Part shown: in pieces, positions 1-10,296 of the stretch
Numbering within the stretch: position 1 is the first letter of the stretch
Layout of the letters: every line of letters starts with the position of its first letter
Assembly (NCBI GenBank): GCA_034090015.1
Contig: JAXDTJ010000018.1
Location: 41,740-105,739, forward strand
From: Paludibacteraceae bacterium
Lineage (GTDB): Bacteria > Bacteroidota > Bacteroidia > Bacteroidales > Paludibacteraceae
Reading direction: 5' to 3'
DNA: 64,000 nucleotides
The notes under the pieces: model-generated
Databases searched by the model: none
Seen by the model: the letters and a program-made list of their open reading frames with translations, nothing else
Told to the model about the DNA's origin: nothing
Translations under genes and position numbers: made by a program

Positions 1-1
1 G

Positions 2-1633
<1,632 letters not shown>

Positions 1634-1636
1634 CCT

Positions 1637-2164
1637 ATGTCCATCAAAGAAAAGATATACTCTTTTATCGCTCGCAGGCAGCCTCAGCGGGAAGCCAAGT
1701 GGCCGCACTGGGAGAGCGTGAAGCATGTGCTGGTGTTGTATGAAAGCGACTTTGTGGAGAAGAATCCTGCCATTCGCACGATTCGCACCGAGTTACAAAA
1801 ACATCATATCGATGCCGTCTTTTGGGGTTATGTGCCGAAGAAAGAGGTGCAGTCGGCAGTGTTACCACAAAGCCGTATCGTGGGGATGAAGGATTTTACT
1901 ATTCTTGGTTTCCCGTGCAAGGAATTGGTACAGGATTTGCAGCAACAAGAATATGACATAGTGATAGACCTCAACCAAAGCAATGCCCTGCCCTTGCGCT
2001 ACCTATGCCTGCTGGCGGATGCCGGCTTCAAAAGCGGCATGGCGTTTGAAGATGGCATACCCTCACCGCGCGACCTGCTAATCAACACGCAGCCGCAGGA
2101 GACACCCGAGTTCCTTTTCCAACAGATACTTCACTATTTAATCAATATACAAAGCAATGACTAA
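1637..2164 (+). CDS. hypothetical protein (175 aa)
   Basis: The ORF starts 3 nt after the ligA stop and overlaps the dapA ATG by 8 nt. I cannot name a motif. The call rests on coding-like composition and operon position only. Confidence 0.55.
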   Translation: MSIKEKIYSFIARRQPQREAKWPHWESVKHVLVLYESDFVEKNPAIRTIRTELQKHHIDAVFWGYVPKKEVQSAVLPQSRIVGMKDFTILGFPCKELVQDLQQQEYDIVIDLNQSNALPLRYLCLLADAGFKSGMAFEDGIPSPRDLLINTQPQETPEFLFQQILHYLINIQSND

Positions 2165-3074
2165 CCCCTCTCAACATTCAACGCTCAACGCTCAACCTTT
2201 GCTACCCTCTTTGTGTGGTTTAGGTACCGCCCTTATCACGCCTTTCCTACCCGATAAAACGGTAGATTTCAAAGCCCTTGGCACCCTGATAGAGCACCAG
2301 ATTGCAGCGGGAGTGGATTATATTGTGGTCTTCGGCACTACCTCCGAGATGGTTACGCTCAACGAGTTGGAGCGTATCACCGTGCGCGATTTTATTGTTC
2401 GCCGTGTGGCGGGGCGCGTGCCGTTGGTGCTCGGCATTGGCGGTAACTGCACAGAGCATGTCATCTGCGAGATAAAGCAGCAGGCACCCATCCTCACGCA
2501 ACATTTCCGCGCCATCCTCTCCGTCTGCCCTTACTACAACAAACCCAACCAGCAGGGCATGTTCCAACATTTCTGCGCCATCGCAGAAGCCTCGCCGCTG
2601 CCTATCATCTTATATAATGTGCCCGGGCGCACGGGCGTGAACCTGCTGCCGGAGACGGTGGCAAGGCTCTACAAAGCCATGCCGGAGAAGATAGTAGGCA
2701 TCAAGGAGGCAAGCGGGAAACTTGACCAGATAAAAAGCCTGCTGGAGATTATGCCCGAAGAGTTTATGGTGATTTCGGGCGATGATAAGTACGCTTGCGA
2801 ACTGATGGAGGCGGGTGCCAAAGGACTTATCTCCGTGGCAAGCAACGCCTTCCCCGAGGACTTCCGCACCATCGTATATGAGAAAGACGCGGCATTGGCT
2901 GCGCGATACAAGCAACTGGTTCACCTATTGTTTGCCGAAGGTAGCCCCGCAGGCATTAAATGTGTCCTGTCGGAGCAGGGTTTAGTCAGCAACATCCTCC
3001 GCCTCCCCTTAGTCCCCTGCACCCCCCTCCTCCAACAGGAAATCCATGAAGAACTGCTGGCAATTGGCATTTAG
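2157..3074 (+). CDS. dapA: 4-hydroxy-tetrahydrodipicolinate synthase
   Basis: Shows GLGTALITPF, YNVPGRTG and GIKEASG (Schiff-base Lys) motifs of the DapA/NAL family. The first ~18 codons are made of CTCAACG-type repeat words, so an in-frame TTG near 2211 is an alternative start. Confidence 0.9.
   Translation: MTNPSQHSTLNAQPLLPSLCGLGTALITPFLPDKTVDFKALGTLIEHQIAAGVDYIVVFGTTSEMVTLNELERITVRDFIVRRVAGRVPLVLGIGGNCTEHVICEIKQQAPILTQHFRAILSVCPYYNKPNQQGMFQHFCAIAEASPLPIILYNVPGRTGVNLLPETVARLYKAMPEKIVGIKEASGKLDQIKSLLEIMPEEFMVISGDDKYACELMEAGAKGLISVASNAFPEDFRTIVYEKDAALAARYKQLVHLLFAEGSPAGIKCVLSEQGLVSNILRLPLVPCTPLLQQEIHEELLAIGI
2168..2197. repeat. CTCAAC(G/A)-word tract inside the dapA 5' end
   Basis: CTCTCAACATTCAACGCTCAACGCTCAACC, related to the CTCAACT arrays at 62984 and 63646. 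Confidence 0.6.
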
Positions 3075-3107
3075 TATTTTTCACAATAATACTCAAAGTC
3101 GAATGAA

Positions 3108-3146
3108 TAAAAAAGAGTTAGGCCTATGGGCTTAACTCTTTTCTTT
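3108..3146. terminator. bidirectional hairpin between convergent dapA and fbp
   Basis: AAGAGTTAGGCC-TAT-GGGCTTAACTCTT flanked by an A-run and a T-run. The fbp stop codon lies in the stem. Confidence 0.55.
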
Positions 3147-5159
3147 GATGATGCCGGCTTGGTAGGCGGCGAGGAGGTGTTGGAGGTTAGTTATCTGCTG
3201 TTGGAGTTCTTTTCCGCGGTCGGTGTCGCGCACACGGATACGGTGGCGGCTGAAGTCCTCGAGCAGGGTGCGGTTGTGGATGTCGCTGCCGGATAGGATA
3301 GCCTGCTCGCGGCTCTCAAACGACTCATGCTCCACGAGTTGGATTCCGTGGCTGTTGTAGATAAGCGTGTAGCCCGCTATGCCCGTCTTCTCTTGGTAGG
3401 GCTTGCTGAATCCGCCGTCTATCACAAACCGCTTGCCCTCGGCGCGGATAGGGGTCTCGCCCTTGATGGTGCGCACGGGGATATGCCCATTGATGATACG
3501 CCCCGTCTCGGGGTCGAGCCCGAACTCGCGCAGTATCTGCTCGCATATATCGCGGCGGTTTGCCAGTTCGTAGTAGGCTCCTTTCTGCTCTTTCCACAGC
3601 GCTTCATCGTCAATGAAATAGCGTTCGAAAGTGGTCATCTTGTCTTTGTTGTAGAGCGGCGAGTGTGCTCCCTGCCAGAGGTAGAGCATATAGTCCAGCG
3701 CGTTGTCTTTCTCGGAGCCCGTACCGTAGTAGGCGGTGCGCACCACTTCGTCTATGCGCTCCATCAGCGCCCGTCCGCGCACCTGTTCGCCGCAGACATC
3801 CACCGTGGTGAACGACCCGTCGGCGTTCAGTGGGATGGCGGCATGGTAGAGCAGGAAGCCGTTGCGGACAAGGAAAAGCGAGCCATGCTGGTAGAGTCGC
3901 TTCAGGTCGCGCTGCATCTTCTCCGACTTGCGGAACGAGCGCGCCAGTTGCACCATCAGTTCCTCCTCCTCCGCGGAGAGCGCGTAGGGGTGCTTCGCAT
4001 TGATGGTAGGCAGGTTGCGGTCGGTGAGCGGGTAGGTGGCACCCTGTATGCGGATGGTGCCCGCGGCGAGGTCAATCTTATCCAGCAGCAAACGGTCGTC
4101 CATCTCCCACTCGGGATGGCGGAGGATGGTCTGTCCCTCCAACTTAAACTGTATGATAGCCATCGCCTTGTGCATCTTCGCCATGAGTTGTGCGGAGCGC
4201 GTCAGGCGCGGGTTGTTCTCGAAGTCTTTCGTCTGGAAGACGGTGCAAGGGTCGTTGCCGTAGGTCTCCATAGCGAAGTTCGCCAGCGGCAGGAGGTTGA
4301 TACCGTAGCCTTCCTCCAGTGTCTCGATGTTCGCGTAACGGATAGACACGCGGAGCACGGTGGCGATGAGGGCGAGGTTGCCCGCCATAGCGCCCATCCA
4401 CTCGATGTCGTGGTTGCCCCACTGGATGTCGTAGTCGCGCACCCACGAGAGTGTGTCCATAATTTGGCTCGCTCCCGGTCCGCGGTCGAAGATGTCGCCC
4501 ACGATATGCAGCGTGTCGATGGTCAGGCTGTGGATGAGATAGGAGATGGCGATTATGAGTTGCTCGGCGCAGCCCACCTCCACAATGGCGTCGATGATAG
4601 CGTTGTAGTAGGCGGTGCGGTCGTGCTCTATGCTCGACTCGTGAAGCAACTCGTCGATGACGTAGGCGTAGTCCTGCGGCAGCAGTTTGCGCACTTTCGA
4701 GCGGCTGTATTTGATGGTAACCGCTCGCGCTACGAGCACCACTTGGTGCAACCGCCTGCGATACCACTCGTCCATCGTGAACGTGCCCATGCCTTCGTCC
4801 AACTCTCTCCCTTGTAGGGAGGGTAGGGGAGCGTCCTCCTCCAAACTCCGGCGTACCAGTTCAATACGCTCCTCGGGGTAGTAGGTGAGGGCGCAGAGGG
4901 CGCGTTTCTCCGTCTCCGAGAGGGTAAGCCCGTAGATGTCGTCCACCTTGCGGCGGATAACGCCCGAAGCGTTCTTGATGATATGCACAAACGCACCGCT
5001 CTCGCCGTGCAGGTCGCTCACGATATGCTCCGTGCCTTTGGGCAGCGAGATGATGGCTTTCAGGTTGATTAGTTCGGTTACAACCGCCTTGCGCGTGGGA
5101 AACTTCTCGCTCAGCAGGCGCAGGTAACGCTCATCGTTTTTCAGTTCTTCCAAACTCAT
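3132..5159 (-). CDS. fbp: fructose-1,6-bisphosphatase class 3
   Basis: N-terminal LINLKAIISLPKGTEHIVSDLHGE, plus GDIFDRGP and WGNHD metallophosphoesterase motifs. The 675-aa size is typical of Fbp/YydE-type FBPase. Confidence 0.9.
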   Translation of the reverse strand: MSLEELKNDERYLRLLSEKFPTRKAVVTELINLKAIISLPKGTEHIVSDLHGESGAFVHIIKNASGVIRRKVDDIYGLTLSETEKRALCALTYYPEERIELVRRSLEEDAPLPSLQGRELDEGMGTFTMDEWYRRRLHQVVLVARAVTIKYSRSKVRKLLPQDYAYVIDELLHESSIEHDRTAYYNAIIDAIVEVGCAEQLIIAISYLIHSLTIDTLHIVGDIFDRGPGASQIMDTLSWVRDYDIQWGNHDIEWMGAMAGNLALIATVLRVSIRYANIETLEEGYGINLLPLANFAMETYGNDPCTVFQTKDFENNPRLTRSAQLMAKMHKAMAIIQFKLEGQTILRHPEWEMDDRLLLDKIDLAAGTIRIQGATYPLTDRNLPTINAKHPYALSAEEEELMVQLARSFRKSEKMQRDLKRLYQHGSLFLVRNGFLLYHAAIPLNADGSFTTVDVCGEQVRGRALMERIDEVVRTAYYGTGSEKDNALDYMLYLWQGAHSPLYNKDKMTTFERYFIDDEALWKEQKGAYYELANRRDICEQILREFGLDPETGRIINGHIPVRTIKGETPIRAEGKRFVIDGGFSKPYQEKTGIAGYTLIYNSHGIQLVEHESFESREQAILSGSDIHNRTLLEDFSRHRIRVRDTDRGKELQQQITNLQHLLAAYQAGIIKEKS
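4799..4837. repeat. GC-rich palindromic element copy inside fbp
   Basis: CCAACTCTCTCCCTTGTAGGGAGGGTAGGGGAGCGTCCT matches 38672-38710 with 3 mismatches. Confidence 0.8.
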
Positions 5160-5176
5160 AATGCAACAATTTTCCG

Positions 5177-5184
5177 CAAAGGTA
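5177..5184 (-). promoter_or_regulatory. Bacteroidota -7 box TACCTTTG for fbp
   Basis: The reverse complement of CAAAGGTA matches TAnnTTTG, 18 nt upstream of the fbp ATG. Confidence 0.45.
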
Positions 5185-5237
5185 CACTTTTTTTACGATA
5201 CATGCAAGAAAAAGACAGAATTTCCGTAAAAGAGCCA

Positions 5238-5277
5238 CAAAAAACAGCATCCGCCTATCATCTCCCGATGACAGGCG
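5238..5277 (-). terminator. terminator of pectate lyase gene
   Basis: On the minus strand: GCCTGTCATC-GGGA-GATGATAGGC, followed by GGATGCTGTTTTTTG. Confidence 0.55.
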
Positions 5278-5326
5278 AACGCCTAACAAACAATCAAACA
5301 ATTATATCTATTTCTATCTCGTTCTT

Positions 5327-7654
5327 TTATCTCACCACAAAACGCATCGTCTCTCCTTCTGCTACTACTATATACATGCCTTGCGGTAGGTTCATAGTGC
5401 TCATCTCCGTAGCGTTGCCATCGCCTATCGAAACGCCGCTCACGGTGTACAAATGCAGCAATTTGCCTTCGGGGTTGAGTATTGCCGAGCCGTTGAAGGA
5501 GATAGTGGTGGCAGTAGCGTCTTTGACAGCTGTTTCCGGTTCATCTTCCTCTTCCTCCGAGTATAGATTGATATAGAAGAGGTTATAAGAGCCTTTCTTG
5601 GTCAGTTCATGGCTGCCGGTGGCGATATCGTACATAATCACGCTGTTTGCAGCGGTTACTACCACGCCGTCCACTTTGATATTTGCGCTCGTTTCTGTAG
5701 ATGCAAAGCCGAGGTAGAGCGTCATATCTTTCGTTGTCGTGAACTTGACAGACGTAGAGGATTCTATTTTCAAACACTCTGTATAAGTAGTGCCGTTTGG
5801 AGCTGTAAACGACCCCTTGGAATTGCTATAATTTCCTGAAATGGTATAGAAACTATTGCTTGGCGTGAGACCCGTGAAATGGCACTCATACTCGCCCGTG
5901 GAAGTCCCGGGTATAACGGGGTCTGTCGGGTCTGTGGGATCAGTGGGGTCAGTCGGTTCTGTGGGCTCCGTCGGGTCGGTCGGCTCATCGCCGCCACCGG
6001 TGCCGCTGCCGGTTTCTTCGCCGCCAACAATACCTATCAGTGTGGTGGTGTAGTTATCTATCTTATTCCGCAGCGCGTCAATCACTTCGTAGTTGGTGTC
6101 CTCCGTAGCATCGTTGAACGTATATTGGAAGTCGCCGTGCTCGCAGCGTCCTGCCCCTTTGTCGCCCGTTACGATGGCGGGCACTTGGTTGGGGTCGTCG
6201 GGCGTGAGGGAGGGCATGAGCGAAGAGTTGGTGTCGAAGTTACTATACGTGTTCCCGCCGAGCAAAGATTTCACACTCGAGGGCACTTGCTCGCTGCGGC
6301 TACTCACCACGTAGGCATCAAAATGCTGATTATTCGTGCTGCTGTAGGGGATGAACTTACACGAACCTGTCATGACATTGTTGTATGCCTTGATGCTGCC
6401 TCCTGCCTCGCCGGAGAATGTCCCTTTCGTCTGGTCGCTGCTGCCTACGCCGCAGTTCACATCCGAGCCTTGCTTCGAGGTCAGCATCGGGTACTTGCAG
6501 TTGCGGAAGTAGTTACACTCCACGAATACATCGGAGCCCGTAGTGGACCCTACACCGTATTTGGCTACGCCATCGAAATAATTGTTGTAGATATGTACGC
6601 TCATCGTGCGGATACGCGGATGGCGCGAGTCGGAGTGGTCGAACCAGTTGTGGTGGTAGGTAATATAGTTCGGTCCGCTCTCGCTCGTCATACCGCACAT
6701 CGTGGACTTGCCTGTGTCCCAGAAATGGCAGTATGAGATAGTAACATGTTTCGAATCACTTTTCACATCTATCGCTCCGTCGCCTTTCTTTTGGTCGCCG
6801 CCTTTATTCGGACCGTAGAACACATCAATGTGGTGAATCCAGATATGGTCGTTGTCGGTATCCAGCGAGATACCATCGTCCAACCCCGTCATCACGCCGA
6901 GGTTGCGCAACTCTACCGAAGCGGAGTTGCGAACCAAGAAACCGAAGCCTTTGATGGTCGCATCTTTGCCCACACCCTCAATAGTGATGTTCAACTCCGA
7001 GTCGGCGGCTTTACCTTTTATCTGCAAACCTTCCGAGGAACTGCTCAGTGCATCCATGTCTCTTGCTTGAATCGTGCCGATGATGCGGAAGACGATAGGC
7101 GTCTTGTCCTGCCCTTTTTGATAGGCGTTGATGATGGCTTGCATACCCGTGCAGGTCGTCTTGGTGCCGTTAGAACCCGTAACAACATCTGTCGAAATAG
7201 TCTTCGCGGTGTTCTTCGTTACGTAGAACACTTTCGCGCCGGCTTTCAGCGTACCGTCGTTGTTGTACGCGCCCACGCCCTTTGAATAGTTGAAGTGTGC
7301 AAACCCGTTGCGGTCGTGGGCTGCTACGGTCAGCGTGCCGGTTTCTGTGGCTTCCGTTGTAACCTCATTACCGCTGTTGTCCACGGGCACAATCTTCAAT
7401 TGGTAGTTGCCCGCCTTCAGTCCGAGGGCATCTACGCGCATATACGAACCGTAGTTACGCAGCAGCATAGCGTCCAACTGCGTATAGGTGCCACCCGCAG
7501 GGCGGACATACGCATGGTAGTTAGTGTATGACCCCGGTGCCCATTCCGCATAAGCGGTCTCCAGCCATCCGGCAGACTTAGTGATTTCTACGGCAGCCTG
7601 TGAGCTTACCGTGAGGGCTGCAAAAGCAGCAAGAAAGAGTGTACGAATCTTCAT
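5327..7654 (-). CDS. secreted pectate lyase (PL1-like) with T9SS C-terminal sorting domain
   Basis: Signal peptide MKIRTLFLAAFAALTVSSQA. Beta-helix lyase motifs WIHHIDVF, GDGAIDVKSDSKHVTISYCHF and HHNWFDHSDSRHPRIR. A (PTD/PTE)n linker is present. The C-terminus ending LPQGMYIVVAEGETMRFVVR looks like a T9SS type-A CTD. Confidence 0.8.
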   Translation of the reverse strand: MKIRTLFLAAFAALTVSSQAAVEITKSAGWLETAYAEWAPGSYTNYHAYVRPAGGTYTQLDAMLLRNYGSYMRVDALGLKAGNYQLKIVPVDNSGNEVTTEATETGTLTVAAHDRNGFAHFNYSKGVGAYNNDGTLKAGAKVFYVTKNTAKTISTDVVTGSNGTKTTCTGMQAIINAYQKGQDKTPIVFRIIGTIQARDMDALSSSSEGLQIKGKAADSELNITIEGVGKDATIKGFGFLVRNSASVELRNLGVMTGLDDGISLDTDNDHIWIHHIDVFYGPNKGGDQKKGDGAIDVKSDSKHVTISYCHFWDTGKSTMCGMTSESGPNYITYHHNWFDHSDSRHPRIRTMSVHIYNNYFDGVAKYGVGSTTGSDVFVECNYFRNCKYPMLTSKQGSDVNCGVGSSDQTKGTFSGEAGGSIKAYNNVMTGSCKFIPYSSTNNQHFDAYVVSSRSEQVPSSVKSLLGGNTYSNFDTNSSLMPSLTPDDPNQVPAIVTGDKGAGRCEHGDFQYTFNDATEDTNYEVIDALRNKIDNYTTTLIGIVGGEETGSGTGGGDEPTDPTEPTEPTDPTDPTDPTDPVIPGTSTGEYECHFTGLTPSNSFYTISGNYSNSKGSFTAPNGTTYTECLKIESSTSVKFTTTKDMTLYLGFASTETSANIKVDGVVVTAANSVIMYDIATGSHELTKKGSYNLFYINLYSEEEEDEPETAVKDATATTISFNGSAILNPEGKLLHLYTVSGVSIGDGNATEMSTMNLPQGMYIVVAEGETMRFVVR

Positions 7655-7677
7655 GATGTAGAGTTTTTAAGACATGG

Positions 7678-7685
7678 CAAAGGTA
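7678..7685 (-). promoter_or_regulatory. -7 box TACCTTTG for pectate lyase gene
   Basis: TAnnTTTG match 24 nt upstream of the ATG at 7654. Confidence 0.45.
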
Positions 7686-7767
7686 CATTTCTTTTTTTAT
7701 ATAGGCAAATAAAAGACTTATTTTCTACAAAAATCGCCAAAACCTTGCATATCTCGCCAAAAAACAG

Positions 7768-7775
7768 TACTTTTG
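7768..7775 (+). promoter_or_regulatory. -7 box TACTTTTG for sulfhydrylase-lyase operon
   Basis: TAnnTTTG preceded by an A-run, 64 nt before the ATG at 7840. Confidence 0.45.
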
Positions 7776-7797
7776 CAACCGTTTTTTACCCAACACA

Positions 7798-7836
7798 AAT
7801 CGTAATTCGTAAATTCGTAAATCGTAAATCGTAAAT
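7798..7836. repeat. CGTAA(A/T)T word tract in 5' leader
   Basis: AATCGTAATTCGTAAATTCGTAAATCGTAAATCGTAAAT. Confidence 0.85.
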
Positions 7837-7839
7837 ATC

Positions 7840-9018
7840 ATGTTGTCTTCTTCCACTCTCGCTATTCAGACGCCGTACCAACGGCAAGACGCATGGGGAG
7901 CCCTCTCCATGCCTGTGTATCATAGTGTCGCCTTTGAGTTCGACGATGCTGCCACCATGAGCGACGTCTTCTGCGGGCGGGTCATCGCCCCCGACTACTC
8001 GCGCGTGATTAACCCGACCGTTACCTGCCTTGAAGACAAGGTGAAAGCCCTAACGGGTGCCGCCAACGTCATTGCCCTCAACTCGGGCATGGCGGCGATT
8101 TCCGCTACGCTCTTTGCCCTCGCAGGGCAGGGGAAGAACATCGTGTGCTCGCGGCACCTCTTCGGCAACACCTACCAACTCATCGCCGACATGCTGCCCC
8201 GCTTCGGCGTGGAGGCACATATCTGCGACCTGACCAAGCCCGAGGATGTGGAGCAGGCGGTGGATGAGCAGACGGCTTGTCTATTCGTGGAAATCATCAC
8301 TAACCCCCAGTTGGAGGTCGCTGACCTGCGGATGTTGGCAGAGGTATGCCACCGAAAGGGCACCTGCCTTGTAGCGGACACGACGATGATTCCCTTCACG
8401 CAGTTCTCCGCCCACGCGCTCGGCGTGGACATCGAGGTGGTATCGTCCACCAAGTACCTCTCCGGCGGGGCGACGTCGCTCGGCGGGCTGGTGATAGACT
8501 ACGGAACGGTGGGGGACTTCGGCAAGCGCCTGAAGACGGACATGCTATATTGCCTCGGGGCGTACATGACGCCCCACGCGGCGTATATGCAGACGCTGGG
8601 GTTAGAGACGCTCGCCGTGCGCTACCAACGGCAGGCGGCATCGGCACTGACCGTAGCGCAACGACTACACGACGAGGCGGAGGGCGTGAAGGTGAACTAC
8701 ATTGGACTTGCTGACAACCCCTACCACGACCTAGCCGCGGCGCTGTTCGGGCAGACGGCGGGGGCGATGATGACCCTTGAACTGGAGAGCCAAGAGGCAT
8801 GCTTCCGCTTCATCAACCGGCTGCAACTCATCAAACGTGCAACCAACCTCTTTGACAACCGCTCGCTCGCCATCCACCCCGCCAGCACCATCTTCGGACC
8901 TTTCACGCCCGAACGCAGGCGCGAGATGGACGTGCGCGATACCGTGATTCGCCTCTCCATCGGACTCGAAGACCCCGCCGACCTCCTCGCCGACATCCTC
9001 CAAGCGGCAAAAAGATAG
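7840..9018 (+). CDS. PLP-dependent O-acetylhomoserine/O-acetylserine sulfhydrylase family enzyme
   Basis: Cys/Met-metabolism PLP family layout with the SSTKYLSGG PLP-lysine motif. The exact substrate cannot be decided by eye. Confidence 0.8.
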   Translation: MLSSSTLAIQTPYQRQDAWGALSMPVYHSVAFEFDDAATMSDVFCGRVIAPDYSRVINPTVTCLEDKVKALTGAANVIALNSGMAAISATLFALAGQGKNIVCSRHLFGNTYQLIADMLPRFGVEAHICDLTKPEDVEQAVDEQTACLFVEIITNPQLEVADLRMLAEVCHRKGTCLVADTTMIPFTQFSAHALGVDIEVVSSTKYLSGGATSLGGLVIDYGTVGDFGKRLKTDMLYCLGAYMTPHAAYMQTLGLETLAVRYQRQAASALTVAQRLHDEAEGVKVNYIGLADNPYHDLAAALFGQTAGAMMTLELESQEACFRFINRLQLIKRATNLFDNRSLAIHPASTIFGPFTPERRREMDVRDTVIRLSIGLEDPADLLADILQAAKR

Positions 9019-9020
9019 TT

Positions 9021-9090
9021 CCCCCTAAAATCCCTAGAAAATATAGAATCCCTAGAAAATCTAGAAAAACTAGAAAAAAAAATCCCCCCT
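9021..9090. repeat. CCCTAGAAAAT / CTAGAAAAA word tract between sulfhydrylase and lyase genes
   Basis: AATCCCTAGAAAAT x2, then CTAGAAAAA x2, bracketed by C-runs. Confidence 0.8.
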
Positions 9091-10221
9091 ATGCCCTCCA
9101 CCTTTGAAACCCTCATAGACCGCCGCGGTAGTGGTGCGCTGAAGACCGACGCCCTTCGGGAACGATTTCCGATGTATCGGAACGAAGACGGCAGGGACGA
9201 CCTGCTGCCGATGTGGGTCGCCGACATGGACTTCGCGACGCCCGACTTCATCCTCGACGCCATCCGCCAACGGCTGGAACACCCCATCTTGGGGTACACC
9301 ATTGAGCCAGAGGACTATCGCCCCGCTATCATCGACTGGGTTCAATCGCACCATGGATGGGAGATTCAGCCCGAGTGGATTTCGTATATCCCGGGCGTGG
9401 TCAAAGGTATCGGCACCGCCCTTAACCTCTTCACCAAGCCCGGCGACAGCGTGGCAATCATGGAGCCCGTCTATCATATCTTCCGGCAGGTGATAGAAGG
9501 CAACGGGAGAAAAGTGGTAGGAGGAAAAGAAGGCTCGCCTGCCGTCTTTCTCCTCTCCAACCCGCACAATCCGATTGGGATATGTTGGTCGCGGGAGTGG
9601 TTGCAGGCGTTGGCGCACTACTGCTACGAGCACCATATCCTCGTCATCAGCGACGAAATACACGCCGACCTCGCCCTCTTCGGGCATAAACATATCCCCT
9701 TTGCCAGCGTCTCGGAAGAGGCGGCGATGAACAGCATCACCTTCATGGCACCCACCAAGACCTTCAACATGGCAGGTATCATCAGCGCGTACAGCATTAT
9801 CCCCAACCCCGACATCCGCGAACGCTACTACTCTTGGCTTGACACCAACGAACTGAGCGAACCGAACATCTTTGCCCCTATCGCCACCATCGCCGCCTAT
9901 CGCAATGGCGAACCATGGCGGCAGGAACTGATAGCCTATATCGAGCAGAACATCCTCTTCGCCGAGCAGTATTTGGCTCAACACCTGCCACAGGTGAAGG
10001 TCGTTCGCCCCGAGGCGTCGTTCCTTGTGTGGCTCGACTGCCGAGCATTAGGGCTGTCGCATGACGCACTGATAGACCTCTTCGTCAACCGCGCCCGACT
10101 CGCCCTCAACGACGGCGAGATGTTCGGACACGGCGGCGAAGGCTTCATGCGCATGAACGTTGGCTGCCCGCGGGCTGTATTGCAGCAAGCTTTAGAGCGA
10201 CTGCGAGATGCCTGCCAATAA
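9091..10221 (+). CDS. MalY/PatB-type cystathionine beta-lyase / aminotransferase class I-II
   Basis: Motifs WVADMDF, SNPHNPIG, APTKTFNMAG (PLP Lys) and the GFMRMNVGCPR tail. It appears to lack ~20 residues between the NGRKV and LLSNPHNP blocks. Confidence 0.78.
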   Translation: MPSTFETLIDRRGSGALKTDALRERFPMYRNEDGRDDLLPMWVADMDFATPDFILDAIRQRLEHPILGYTIEPEDYRPAIIDWVQSHHGWEIQPEWISYIPGVVKGIGTALNLFTKPGDSVAIMEPVYHIFRQVIEGNGRKVVGGKEGSPAVFLLSNPHNPIGICWSREWLQALAHYCYEHHILVISDEIHADLALFGHKHIPFASVSEEAAMNSITFMAPTKTFNMAGIISAYSIIPNPDIRERYYSWLDTNELSEPNIFAPIATIAAYRNGEPWRQELIAYIEQNILFAEQYLAQHLPQVKVVRPEASFLVWLDCRALGLSHDALIDLFVNRARLALNDGEMFGHGGEGFMRMNVGCPRAVLQQALERLRDACQ

Positions 10222-10240
10222 AAAAAAGACCCATAAAACA

Positions 10241-10276
10241 AAACGCCATCCCGAAATCTCAGGATGGCGTTTTTCT
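10241..10276. terminator. bidirectional terminator between the lyase gene and rluB
   Basis: AAACGCCATCC-loop-GGATGGCGTTTTT, with an A-run upstream. Confidence 0.7.
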
Positions 10277-10296
10277 ATCAATCTGATAATCTATTC

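Noticed and set aside
3327-4817. 496-aa ORF on the plus strand
   Set aside because: It is entirely antisense to the well-supported fbp gene. It is a typical shadow ORF of GC-rich coding DNA, with low-complexity Val/Ala/Arg-rich translation.
5856-6053. GC-rich tandem repeat in the pectate lyase gene as another inserted spacer repeat
   Set aside because: It encodes a conventional Pro/Thr/Asp linker on the coding strand. I found no matching spacer copy in the window.
9070-9984. 304-aa minus-strand ORF
   Set aside because: It is antisense to the MalY/PatB-type gene, which has clear PLP motifs.
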